The translations under genes were made by a program, and so were the position numbers. Of a DNA stretch of 64,000 nt, positions 21,760 to 32,998 are shown one piece after another (positions within the stretch are counted from its first letter, which is position 1; each line of letters opens with the position of its first letter). The DNA is from an uncultured Acidobacteriota bacterium (GTDB taxonomy: Bacteria > Acidobacteriota > Vicinamibacteria > Vicinamibacterales > SCN-69-37). The notes below the pieces were generated by a model, which saw only the letters and a program-made list of their open reading frames with translations, was not told the DNA's origin and made no database searches. The stretch lies in the NCBI GenBank assembly GCA_963780895.1, contig CAWAEG010000011.1, positions 132,355 through 196,354 of the forward strand. Reading direction: 5' to 3'.

Positions 21760-23262
21760 ATGATGTCCCTCGACACGTTCGTTCTCCTCTCCTACTTCTT
21801 CGTCCTCAGCATTCTCGGGATTTACGGGTGGCACCGGTATTACCTGGTCTACCAGTACATGAAACACAAGGATCGGGCGCCCGGTCCGCCGCCGCCGATC
21901 GACGAGTGGCCCGTCGTCACGGTCCAGCTGCCGATCTACAACGAGATGTACGTCGTGGATCGGCTGATCGAGGCGGTCTGCGCGATCGACTACCCGAAAG
22001 ACAAGCTGGAGATCCAGGTCCTTGACGATTCGTCGGACGAGACGCGCGACATCGCCGAGCTCGCCGTGCGACGGCAGGAGGCACGGGGGTTCGACATCAA
22101 GTACCTCCACCGCACGGATCGGACCGGCTACAAGGCGGGCGCGCTCGAGGCGGCGCTCAAGGTGGCCCGCGGGTCGTTCATCGCGATTTTCGACGCCGAC
22201 TTCGTGCCGACGGGTGACTTCCTCAGGCTGACCGTGCCGTACCTGGTCAGCGCGCCGCGCCTCGCGCTCGTGCAGGCGCGGTGGGGGCACATCAATCACG
22301 ACTACTCGCTGCTCACCCGGATCCAGGCGGTTCTTCTCGACGGGCACTTCGTCCTGGAGCACGGCGGCCGCAATCGATCGGGGTGCTTCTTCAACTTCAA
22401 CGGCACGGCCGGCGTCTGGCGTCGCGAAGCGATCGGCGATGCGGGCGGCTGGCAGCACGATACCCTGACCGAAGACCTCGACCTCAGCTACCGCGCGCAG
22501 ATCCGCGGATGGCAGTTCCTGTTCCTGCCCGATGTCGTCGTGCCGGCGGAAGTGCCCGTCGAGATGAACGCGTTCAAGTCGCAGCAGCACCGCTGGGCCA
22601 AGGGGTCGATCCAGACCTGCCGGAAGCTGCTGCCGTACATCCTGCAGGCCGATCTGCCGCTCAAGGTGAAGGCGGAGGCGTTCTTCCACCTCACCGCCAA
22701 CTTCAACTACGTCCTGATGGTCGTGCTGTCCATCCTCATGTTCCCGGCGATGTATTACCGGTACAGCATGGGCTGGACGGAGATGCTAATCATCGACGTG
22801 CCGCTCTTCGCCGCCGCGACGGCGTCGGTGATCAACTTCTATCTCGTCTCCCAGCGCGAGGCGTATCCGGACTGGCGCTCACGCGTGAAGTACCTGCCGC
22901 TCGTGATGGCGCTCGGCATCGGCCTGGCGGTGAACAACACGCGCGCGCTCATCGAGGCGCTGTTTGGCGAGCCCGGCGAGTTCACCCGGACGCCGAAATA
23001 CGGCATTGAACGCACGCAGGACGACTGGCAGCACAAGCGTTATCACCAGACGATGCCGATCCAGCCGCTCATCGAGATCGCGCTGGGGATCTATTTCACC
23101 GGGACCGTGCTGTACGCCTTCGCGAACGGCATCTACGGCACGCTGCCATTTCTGATGCTGTTCCAGTTCGGCTTCCTCTACGCCGGACTCATGTCGCTGC
23201 TGCAGCAGACTCGCGGCGACGACCTCTTCGTCAAAGCCCCGCAAATCGCGGGAGGGAAATAA
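21760..23262 (+). CDS. GT2 glycosyltransferase (cellulose synthase/CslA-like)
   Basis: VTVQLPIYNE, GYKAGAL, FDADF, TEDLDLS, QQHRWAKG. Confidence 0.9.
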   Translation: MMSLDTFVLLSYFFVLSILGIYGWHRYYLVYQYMKHKDRAPGPPPPIDEWPVVTVQLPIYNEMYVVDRLIEAVCAIDYPKDKLEIQVLDDSSDETRDIAELAVRRQEARGFDIKYLHRTDRTGYKAGALEAALKVARGSFIAIFDADFVPTGDFLRLTVPYLVSAPRLALVQARWGHINHDYSLLTRIQAVLLDGHFVLEHGGRNRSGCFFNFNGTAGVWRREAIGDAGGWQHDTLTEDLDLSYRAQIRGWQFLFLPDVVVPAEVPVEMNAFKSQQHRWAKGSIQTCRKLLPYILQADLPLKVKAEAFFHLTANFNYVLMVVLSILMFPAMYYRYSMGWTEMLIIDVPLFAAATASVINFYLVSQREAYPDWRSRVKYLPLVMALGIGLAVNNTRALIEALFGEPGEFTRTPKYGIERTQDDWQHKRYHQTMPIQPLIEIALGIYFTGTVLYAFANGIYGTLPFLMLFQFGFLYAGLMSLLQQTRGDDLFVKAPQIAGGK

Positions 23263-23320
23263 CCCGTCGTACCCACACGTCAACAGGCGTCGTCTCGGTC
23301 TACACTTGTACCGATTCGTC

Positions 23321-24469
<1,149 letters not shown>

Positions 24470-24473
24470 GAGC

Positions 24474-24567
24474 AGGCTCAAAGGCCCATGGCTCAAAGGC
24501 TCGGAGGCCTTCACGTTGGCCTCGCGCCCAGGGCCTAGGGCCTAGGGCCTTGGGCCTTGGGCCTGAC
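24474..24567. repeat. Inverted heptamer arrays (AGGCTCA/AGGCCCA vs TGGGCCT/AGGGCCT)
   Basis: Visible tandem units in opposite orientations between citrate synthase and lepA. Confidence 0.75.
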
Positions 24568-24598
24568 CCACGCGTCTGACGTACGATAGTCCCGTTAC

Positions 24599-26401
<1,803 letters not shown>

Positions 26402-26436
26402 GGGACGGGTCTCCGATCGTGGAAAACGTCGCGAGG

Positions 26437-26490
26437 GGAACCTCGGAATCCCGAACCGGAACCTCGGAACCACGAGGGTCCCAGATCGGA
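26437..26490. repeat. Degenerate heptamer array (GAACCNC/GGAACCT) between lepA and lepB
   Basis: ggaacctcggaatcccgaaccggaacctcggaaccacg. Confidence 0.6.
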
Positions 26491-26507
26491 GTCCCATCCA
26501 CCTTCTT

Positions 26508-27140
26508 ATGAAAAAATCCGTCCTGCGCGAGTACTTTGAGTCCCTCGTGATCGCGGTCATCCTGGCCGTCTTCGTCCGGACGTTCGTGTTCCAGGCGTTC
26601 AAGATTCCAACCGGATCGATGGAGAAGGGCCTTCTGGTCGGCGATCATCTGATCGTCAACAAGATGATCTTCGCCCCGACGCTGAGCAGCATGGAGCGCG
26701 CCATCCTGCCGCGGCGCGACATCAGGCGCGGCGACGTGATCGTATTCAAGTATCCGGCCGAGCCGGAACGGGACTTCATCAAGCGCGTGATTGGGCTGCC
26801 CGGCGATCGCCTCGAGGTGCGGCGCAAGCAGGTGTTCATCAATGGTCAGCCGCTCGACGAGCCAGACGTGCAGTACCTCGAGCCGCCGCCGCCCGAGGAT
26901 GCGCGGCCAACCGATGACTTGCGCGCGTGGTACGGCCCGGTCACGGTGCCGGAGCGGCAGTACTTCATGATGGGCGACAACCGGGACAACTCGCAGGACA
27001 GCCGCTACTGGGGTTTCCTGCCCGAAAGCTACGTCAAGGGCAGAGCGCTGTTCATCTATTTCTCGTTCGAAGAAAACGCCTCGCTCACCAACATCTTCTC
27101 GGGCATTGCCTGGGGACGGATCCTCAACCGGGTGCGGTAA
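26508..27140 (+). CDS. lepB: Signal peptidase I
   Basis: IPTGSM, FIKRVIGLPGD, MGDNRDNSQDSRYWG. Confidence 0.95.
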   Translation: MKKSVLREYFESLVIAVILAVFVRTFVFQAFKIPTGSMEKGLLVGDHLIVNKMIFAPTLSSMERAILPRRDIRRGDVIVFKYPAEPERDFIKRVIGLPGDRLEVRRKQVFINGQPLDEPDVQYLEPPPPEDARPTDDLRAWYGPVTVPERQYFMMGDNRDNSQDSRYWGFLPESYVKGRALFIYFSFEENASLTNIFSGIAWGRILNRVR

Positions 27141-27957
27141 ACGTCGCCAGGGCTTCTTTCGCCCGGCGTGACGTGCCGTCGTCCGCACTCTCTGCCAGCT
27201 TTTCGAGCGCATTGCGTCCATCGGTCGGGCCCAGCCGTTTGAGCGCCTCGACCGCGGTCTTGACCCAGACCTCGGGCGGCGGCTCGGCGTGTCCGTGGTG
27301 CAGGTCGAATCGTGTCGCGAGCTGTTTGAACAATTCGCCGAGGCCTCGCGGTTTCGAACATCCGCATCATGACGGGGCGGGTCGCCCCGTGAGACTCCTT
27401 GACCCGGCCGACGACCGTGGCGACGAATGCCTGATCGGCGACGCTGCCGATGTTCGTTTCGATGTTGAGGAGCGCGCCCTGCCCGGCCGTCCCCAGGAGC
27501 TGAATCGCGACGGCGATGATCGCTCTTCGCCGACGGATTGCCCGCCTCCGGCGACGGCGCCGGCTTCCCGAGCGACGTCGTTCACCGCAAGACACGTTTC
27601 GAGCGGCACGTCGGTGGCGAGCTTCAACGCGTCCTGGATCGCCGTTTTTCTCACGGCCTTCTCCTCGTCGGTGCCTTTCGGCAACCGGTAGGCCGCGACG
27701 ACCGCGTCGTACGCGGCCGCGTCGCGATCGATCAGCTCGACGAGTTGCGACCGGAGCCGAAGGATCGTCGCCCGTGCGGCGTCGAGCGCCGCACGCTCCT
27801 CGGGCGTGTTGTTCTTCGTCTTGGGGAGTGCTGCCACCATGGCGAGCAGCGAGGCGCCGAGCGCGCCAGCGAGAGCCGCCGCCGATCCGCCGCCGGGCGT
27901 CGGCGCCGACGAGCTGAACGCGTCGAGGACGTCAGTGAGCGATTGGGTCGCGAGCAT
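27124..27957 (-). pseudogene. Formiminotetrahydrofolate cyclodeaminase-family gene with three apparent +1 frameshifts (probably assembly errors)
   Basis: SSAPTPGGGSAAA, D..AYDAV..AYRLPK. Removing single bases near 27548, 27518 and 27346 restores GNPSAKSD..A...GA.LNI.TN and joins the 27124-27333 ORF. Confidence 0.75.
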
Positions 27958-29197
27958 GGACGAGCGTGCCTTTCTTGAAGACCCCCGCGAGGGACGGGAC
28001 GTTGATGCGCAGGAGATTCACGGCCGGGCCGCTCACCAGAACGGCGTCGAACTGCTTGCCCGGTTCGAGGCTTCCGACCGTCGCGTGACGATCGAGTGAA
28101 TAGGCGCCGTTGATGGTCGCGGCGACCAGGGCCTCTTCGAACGTCAGGTCCATGCCGAAACAGGCGAGCGCCATCGCGAACGGCATCGACGGCGAGAAGC
28201 CACCGCCGGGATTGACGTCGGTCGCCACGGCCACGGGCACCCCGGCCGCGATGAGGTCGCGCGCCGGCGCGAAGCGCCCGAGTTTCAGGTAGAAGGCCGC
28301 GCACGGGAGCAGCGTGGCGACGACGCCCGCGCGCGCGAGCTGCGAGATGCCGTCGCGCGTGACGTGGACGAGATGGTCGGCCGAGCGCGCACCGACCGCG
28401 GCCGCGACGGCTGCTCCGCCGCTCGGCGCCAGCTCGTCGGCATGAATCCGCGGCTTGAGCCCGGCCCGGGCGCCGGCCTCGAGGATCGCCCGTGACTCTT
28501 CGGGTGTGAAGAACCCTCGGTCGCAGAAGACGTCGCACCATTCAGCCAGCCCGGCCGCCCGCGGCATCATCTCGTCGATGACGAGCTCGACGTACGCGGG
28601 CTGCCGGCCGCGATAGTCCGGCGGCACTTCGTGCGCGCCCATGAACGTCGCGACGAGCTCGACCGGCTGCTCGGCGACGAGCGTCCGGATCACCTCGAGC
28701 ATTCGGACCTCGGTCTCGGTGTCGAGGCCGTACCCGCTTTTCGCCTCGCACGTCGTCGTGCCTGCCGCCAGCATTTCGGCCAGCCGGCCTCGCGTCGCGG
28801 CGGCCAGCTCGCCGGCCGATGCCGCGCGGGTTTCCCGGACGGTCGACAGAATCCCTCCGCCCGACGTCGCGATCTCCGCGTACGTTGCGCCTGCCAGACG
28901 CCGCCGCAGCTCGTCCCGCCGGTCGCCGGCAAACACGACATGCGTGTGGGCGTCCACGAACCCGGGAACGAGCGACATGCCGCGCCCGTCGATCCGGCGC
29001 GTGTCGCCGTCGGTCTTCACCTGCTGAAGAACGTCCGGCGTCGAGCCCACCGCGAGAATCGTCGGACCCGCGCACGCGACCGCGCCATCGGTAATGGGCA
29101 CCACATCTCCCTGCTGCGCGCCGATGCGAGGCGCAGGACCCGCGACGGTGTACAGCTGGTCGAGGTGCTCGATGAGGAGAGAGGGGGTTACAGGCAA
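27932..29197 (-). CDS. hutI: Imidazolonepropionase
   Basis: PGFVDAHTH, GGGILSTV, EAKSGYGL, DVFC, HADEL, ATD.NPG. Confidence 0.95.
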   Translation of the reverse strand: MPVTPSLLIEHLDQLYTVAGPAPRIGAQQGDVVPITDGAVACAGPTILAVGSTPDVLQQVKTDGDTRRIDGRGMSLVPGFVDAHTHVVFAGDRRDELRRRLAGATYAEIATSGGGILSTVRETRAASAGELAAATRGRLAEMLAAGTTTCEAKSGYGLDTETEVRMLEVIRTLVAEQPVELVATFMGAHEVPPDYRGRQPAYVELVIDEMMPRAAGLAEWCDVFCDRGFFTPEESRAILEAGARAGLKPRIHADELAPSGGAAVAAAVGARSADHLVHVTRDGISQLARAGVVATLLPCAAFYLKLGRFAPARDLIAAGVPVAVATDVNPGGGFSPSMPFAMALACFGMDLTFEEALVAATINGAYSLDRHATVGSLEPGKQFDAVLVSGPAVNLLRINVPSLAGVFKKGTLVHARDPIAH

Positions 29198-29286
29198 AGG
29201 CCCGATGATAAAGCACTTGTCGGTACAACGGGTACGGCGGGTACGACGGGTCCCTGGAACCTGATTCCCGTCATCTTTCTTTTGTT

Positions 29287-29619
29287 TTACTGCTCCGTTC
29301 CGTTCGAAGCCTGACCGGAAAGAAAAGCCGTTACCCGTTCTCTAACGGCGTCGATCGGTGCCGCGATGTCGATCGTCTTGTTGCGGTGAGTCAGGCCGGC
29401 GCTGATGCTGAGCGCAGACCGCGGAAGACCGAGCGTTTTTGCGAGGAGTCCAAGCGCGGCCTCGTTGGCGGAATGGTCGACCGGCGGTGCGGTCACGCGC
29501 ACGACGAGGCGGCCGTCTCGCACGCCGTCCAGCCCGTTCCGGGACGCGCGCGGCATGACGCGTATTTCGATTCGGGTGCCGGTGGCGGTTCTGGTGATCC
29601 GAAGCGGTGCGTCCGTCAC
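29287..29619 (-). CDS. yggU: DUF167/YggU family protein
   Basis: RV.PRASR, VRVTAPPVD..ANEA, G.T.RNK; adjacent to yggS. Confidence 0.85.
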   Translation of the reverse strand: MTDAPLRITRTATGTRIEIRVMPRASRNGLDGVRDGRLVVRVTAPPVDHSANEAALGLLAKTLGLPRSALSISAGLTHRNKTIDIAAPIDAVRERVTAFLSGQASNGTEQ

Positions 29620-30377
29620 GGGCCCGGAGAGAGAGGTGGGCGGCGGCCGAAGATCGCGGTTCCGACGCGAACCATCGTCGCGCCTTCCTCGACCGCGATC
29701 TCGAAGTCGTGGCTCATGCCCATCGACAGCTCGCGCAGCCGCTCGGGCGGGATCCCGCCCGCGACCAGCTCGTCGCGAAGATCGCGCAGGCGGCGGAACC
29801 AGGGTCGCGACTCTTCGGGATCGTCTGGAATCGGCGGGACGATCATCAGACCGCGCAGCGACACCGCGCGCGCGTCGAGCGCGGCCTTCACGAGGTCCGG
29901 TACCTCGCGCGCATCGGCGCCGAACTTCGTGTCTTCGTGCGCCAGATCCACCTGGATGAGGACCTGAGGCGTCGTGCCGGATTCGGCCGCTGCGGTGTCT
30001 ATCTTTCGCAGGAGCTCGCGGCTGTCGACCGATTGAATCCAGGCGAAGGCCGCGGCCGCACGCTTCGCTTTATTCGACTGGAGGTGCCCGATGAGGTGCC
30101 AGCGAAGGGAGCGTTCGTCGTGTTTCAAGCGTTCAATTTTGTCCAACCCCTCCTGGACCCGGTTTTCGCCGAAGTCGAGCTGACCGGCGGCCGCGGCCGC
30201 TCGCACGAGATCCGGCCCGAACGTCTTGGAGACCGCGATGAGTTGAACGTCGGCGGCGGGGCGACGGGCGCGCTCGGCGGCGGCCGTGAGCCGCCGCCGA
30301 ACGGCGTCGAGATTGCCGGCGATGCCCTCGCTGGCGTCGTCGTGGCCTGCCCTGAGCGGAGCCGAAGGGCCGGGCAC
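29616..30377 (-). CDS. yggS: PLP homeostasis protein YggS
   Basis: LIAVSKT, FGENRVQE, WHLIGHLQSNK, LSMGMS.D, VRVGTAIFG. Confidence 0.95.
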   Translation of the reverse strand: MPGPSAPLRAGHDDASEGIAGNLDAVRRRLTAAAERARRPAADVQLIAVSKTFGPDLVRAAAAAGQLDFGENRVQEGLDKIERLKHDERSLRWHLIGHLQSNKAKRAAAAFAWIQSVDSRELLRKIDTAAAESGTTPQVLIQVDLAHEDTKFGADAREVPDLVKAALDARAVSLRGLMIVPPIPDDPEESRPWFRRLRDLRDELVAGGIPPERLRELSMGMSHDFEIAVEEGATMVRVGTAIFGRRPPLSPGP

Positions 30378-30384
30378 GCCGAGC

Positions 30385-31380
30385 CTACTTGATCGTCGCG
30401 AGGATCGCCTTGGCGGTGTCGGCGTACTGCCCGGTTGGGGCGAGCTTCAGGTACTCCGTGAACGGCGCCTTGGCTTCCGGCAGCTTGCCCTGGTTCACCC
30501 GCGCCATGCCCAGCCAGTAGTGGGCCTCGGCGAGTTTCGGATCGAGCTGGGTGGCTTTCTCGAACTGGACCTCGGCCTCGGGAGCCTTGCCCGCGTTCCA
30601 CAGGATGATGCCCTGGTTGAACACCGAGTTCGCGTCGCCCGCGCCGCCGGCCCCGCCGATGAGCTCGTTCGCCTTGGTGCCCATCGTCTCGGCTTCGGCG
30701 AACTTCTTCTGCTGGTTGTAGATCGTCGCGAGCGCGCCGTAGGGGCCCGGCAGCTTCTCGTCGGCCGCGATCGCCGCGAGGTAGGCCTTCTCGGCGGCCG
30801 CAAGGTCACCCTTTTTCACGTAGATGTCGCCGATCTTCGCGTGGCACGGAGCGCACGTGGGGATTTCCTTCATGATCGCCTCGACCTTGGCGATCGCATC
30901 GTCGTAGTTGCCCGCCTCGAGCGCGGCATTGGCTTCGCCCGACAGCTTGTCGAGCACTGCGGCCCGTTTCTTCAGCCGTTCGGCTTCGTCTGCGCTGACG
31001 GAAACCGGCTTTGCGGCCGCGCCGCCCGCGCCAGGCTTGCCGATGACGATCTCCGCGACCCGGACCATCTCGTTGAGCGGCACTCGCACGCTGGCCAGCT
31101 CGCCCACCATGTCGAACTTCTTGACCGTGATCTTCCATTGGCCGGTCGGCATCCCGGCGCGGATCCACTCGCCGTTCTTGTCGGTCAAGGTCTTCAGCTG
31201 GCGCTTGAAGTCCCCGACGAAGTCAAACGTGACTTCGGCCTGGTCCACCGGCTTGCCGTTCGTATCGACGACCTTGCCGCGCAGGTTCCCGGTCTGCGCC
31301 GACGCCATGGTCGCCCACGCGGCCAGCAGCATGGCCACCGCGCCTACGACGACCCCGCGAACGGTTGTACTGCGCTTCAT
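30385..31380 (-). CDS. Secreted carboxypeptidase-regulatory-like plus TPR protein
   Basis: Signal peptide, G.LRGKVVD..GKPV..A.V, TDKNG; C-terminal TPRs ending YLKLAP.G. Confidence 0.8.
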   Translation of the reverse strand: MKRSTTVRGVVVGAVAMLLAAWATMASAQTGNLRGKVVDTNGKPVDQAEVTFDFVGDFKRQLKTLTDKNGEWIRAGMPTGQWKITVKKFDMVGELASVRVPLNEMVRVAEIVIGKPGAGGAAAKPVSVSADEAERLKKRAAVLDKLSGEANAALEAGNYDDAIAKVEAIMKEIPTCAPCHAKIGDIYVKKGDLAAAEKAYLAAIAADEKLPGPYGALATIYNQQKKFAEAETMGTKANELIGGAGGAGDANSVFNQGIILWNAGKAPEAEVQFEKATQLDPKLAEAHYWLGMARVNQGKLPEAKAPFTEYLKLAPTGQYADTAKAILATIK

Positions 31381-31621
31381 AGGTGCCTCCTCCGCTGATC
31401 TGTCTGGACAATCACATGAGGCGTGCGGGGCTGCGCCGCCAATCGCCTCGCGGGCGCCGGTGGCGATACCACGTCACGTCAAGCGATTTGCCGTTCAGGC
31501 GTTTCAGTTTACACCGGCGGCGGCAAACGCTGGCAGGTACCTCGGCTCCCGGCGCTCTGGGGCGCGCACGCCGACCGTCGACTGGTCGCTGCCACTGCGG
31601 CGAGCGCTTCTTGAACGATGT

Positions 31622-32038
31622 CTACAGCTTTCCCTGGTTGGCTCGTCCGACGAATCCTTCAAGCGTGACGACATCAACCTTGTCAGGGCTGACCAGGAAG
31701 GGCTTCAGTCCGCCGGCGGTGTAGAAGCTCCGGAGCGTCCAGCCTTCGCCACCGAGGACGAGGTAGGCTTTGTCATAGGCTCCAGCCTGCAGTGCTTCGA
31801 GGAGGCAAATCACTTCGAAGGGCACTTTTTGCTCGGCCGTTCCGGAGACCTGCTGCCACTTGAGAGAAATGAGCACCTTCCGCCCATCTTTGTGCGCGAT
31901 GACATCGACGACATGTTTGCCAGGGCCTAGGCGTTTCCCCAGCAATACCTGCGTTTCATAGGTATATCCGCCCTGATCGAGCGCAGGCAGAATCATGCGC
32001 TCCAACACACCCCCTGTGCGGGTGCTGCCTGGGCTCAT
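31622..32038 (-). CDS. Small PD-(D/E)XK nuclease-like protein
   Basis: G..LE helix, VD, ISLKWQQVSGTAEQKVPF, YLVLGGEGW; overlaps the MTase stop (ATGA). Confidence 0.65.
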   Translation of the reverse strand: MSPGSTRTGGVLERMILPALDQGGYTYETQVLLGKRLGPGKHVVDVIAHKDGRKVLISLKWQQVSGTAEQKVPFEVICLLEALQAGAYDKAYLVLGGEGWTLRSFYTAGGLKPFLVSPDKVDVVTLEGFVGRANQGKL

Positions 32039-32865
32039 GTTGGAAGGTTACGTATCGCTAGGACTTCCACGGCTGGGCTGCGATCTCCGGTGCAGCTGAT
32101 CTTACGTGGTGCGTCAAGGGTGCGGATGACGAATCCGAGCCGCTGGTACTCATCAACGATCCTCTTGGTTGCCTGGTTGGAGAGGATTACCGGGCCATCA
32201 TGCTTTGAGAGCCACTCGGCTGTTTGGAGCTGATCATCCCAGGTGAAGCCGTCTTTCGAGTATTTGGTGAATTCGACGTCGTAGGGCGGGTCGGCATACA
32301 CAAAATCCGTCGGCTCGAGAGGGACCTCCTTGAAGTGCGTGTTCGTGAAGGTCCAGTCAGCGAAGACCGATTTGAACTCCGTGAAGTCGTACTTGTAGTT
32401 GAGCTTCGGGTGTTGTCCGAAGGGAACGTTGAACCGACCGCTGAGATTGAAGCGGCACAGCCCGTTGTAACCCGTCCGGTTCAGGTAATAAAACAACCCG
32501 GCCGCTTCCGCCGTTCCTTGCTCCCCCATCACCAGCAGGTCGTTGAAGCGCTTTCGAGCGCGGTAGTACGCGCTTTCGTTGTGGGCGAACTTTTCCGTGA
32601 TGACCAAACCAACCTTGAGCCAGCGGTAGAAGTTGATCAAGTGCGGGTTGATGTCGTTGAGCAGAGCCTTCTTGGGATTGAGACCCAGAGTGACAGCCAA
32701 ACCGCCGGAAAATGGCTCGACCAACCTTCGGTCTCTCAAAGGCCCCCAGTATTCAAGGAGATGTTGGATCTGCCAGCGTTTGCCGCCGGCCCATTTCAGG
32801 GGTGGACGGACGAGCTCCGCTTCGACGGACTGATGTTCATCAATCATCCTTACGGCGTGCGTCAT
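32035..32865 (-). CDS. Dam/D12-class DNA adenine methyltransferase
   Basis: LKWAGGK, EPFSGG, NDIN..LINFY, YLNR.GYNGL.R.N..G.FNVPFG, DPPY; start uncertain. Confidence 0.93.
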   Translation of the reverse strand: MTHAVRMIDEHQSVEAELVRPPLKWAGGKRWQIQHLLEYWGPLRDRRLVEPFSGGLAVTLGLNPKKALLNDINPHLINFYRWLKVGLVITEKFAHNESAYYRARKRFNDLLVMGEQGTAEAAGLFYYLNRTGYNGLCRFNLSGRFNVPFGQHPKLNYKYDFTEFKSVFADWTFTNTHFKEVPLEPTDFVYADPPYDVEFTKYSKDGFTWDDQLQTAEWLSKHDGPVILSNQATKRIVDEYQRLGFVIRTLDAPRKISCTGDRSPAVEVLAIRNLPT

Positions 32866-32963
32866 GTTGGCGAGGGCGAATCTACCATGTAGGGTCTGAC
32901 AGACGTGGTCAAAGTCAAAAACGAGCCCGTTGGCACCTGCGCGAAGTCCAAGTCTCGGCAATC

Positions 32964-32998
32964 CTGAGTTCTGAGTTCTAAGTTCTAAGTTCTGAGTT
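32964..32998. repeat. Heptamer array (CTRAGTT)x5 overlapping the dinG stop
   Basis: ctgagtt ctgagtt ctaagtt ctaagtt ctgagtt; ctaagtt is the reverse complement of the aacttag unit at 10850. Confidence 0.85.
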
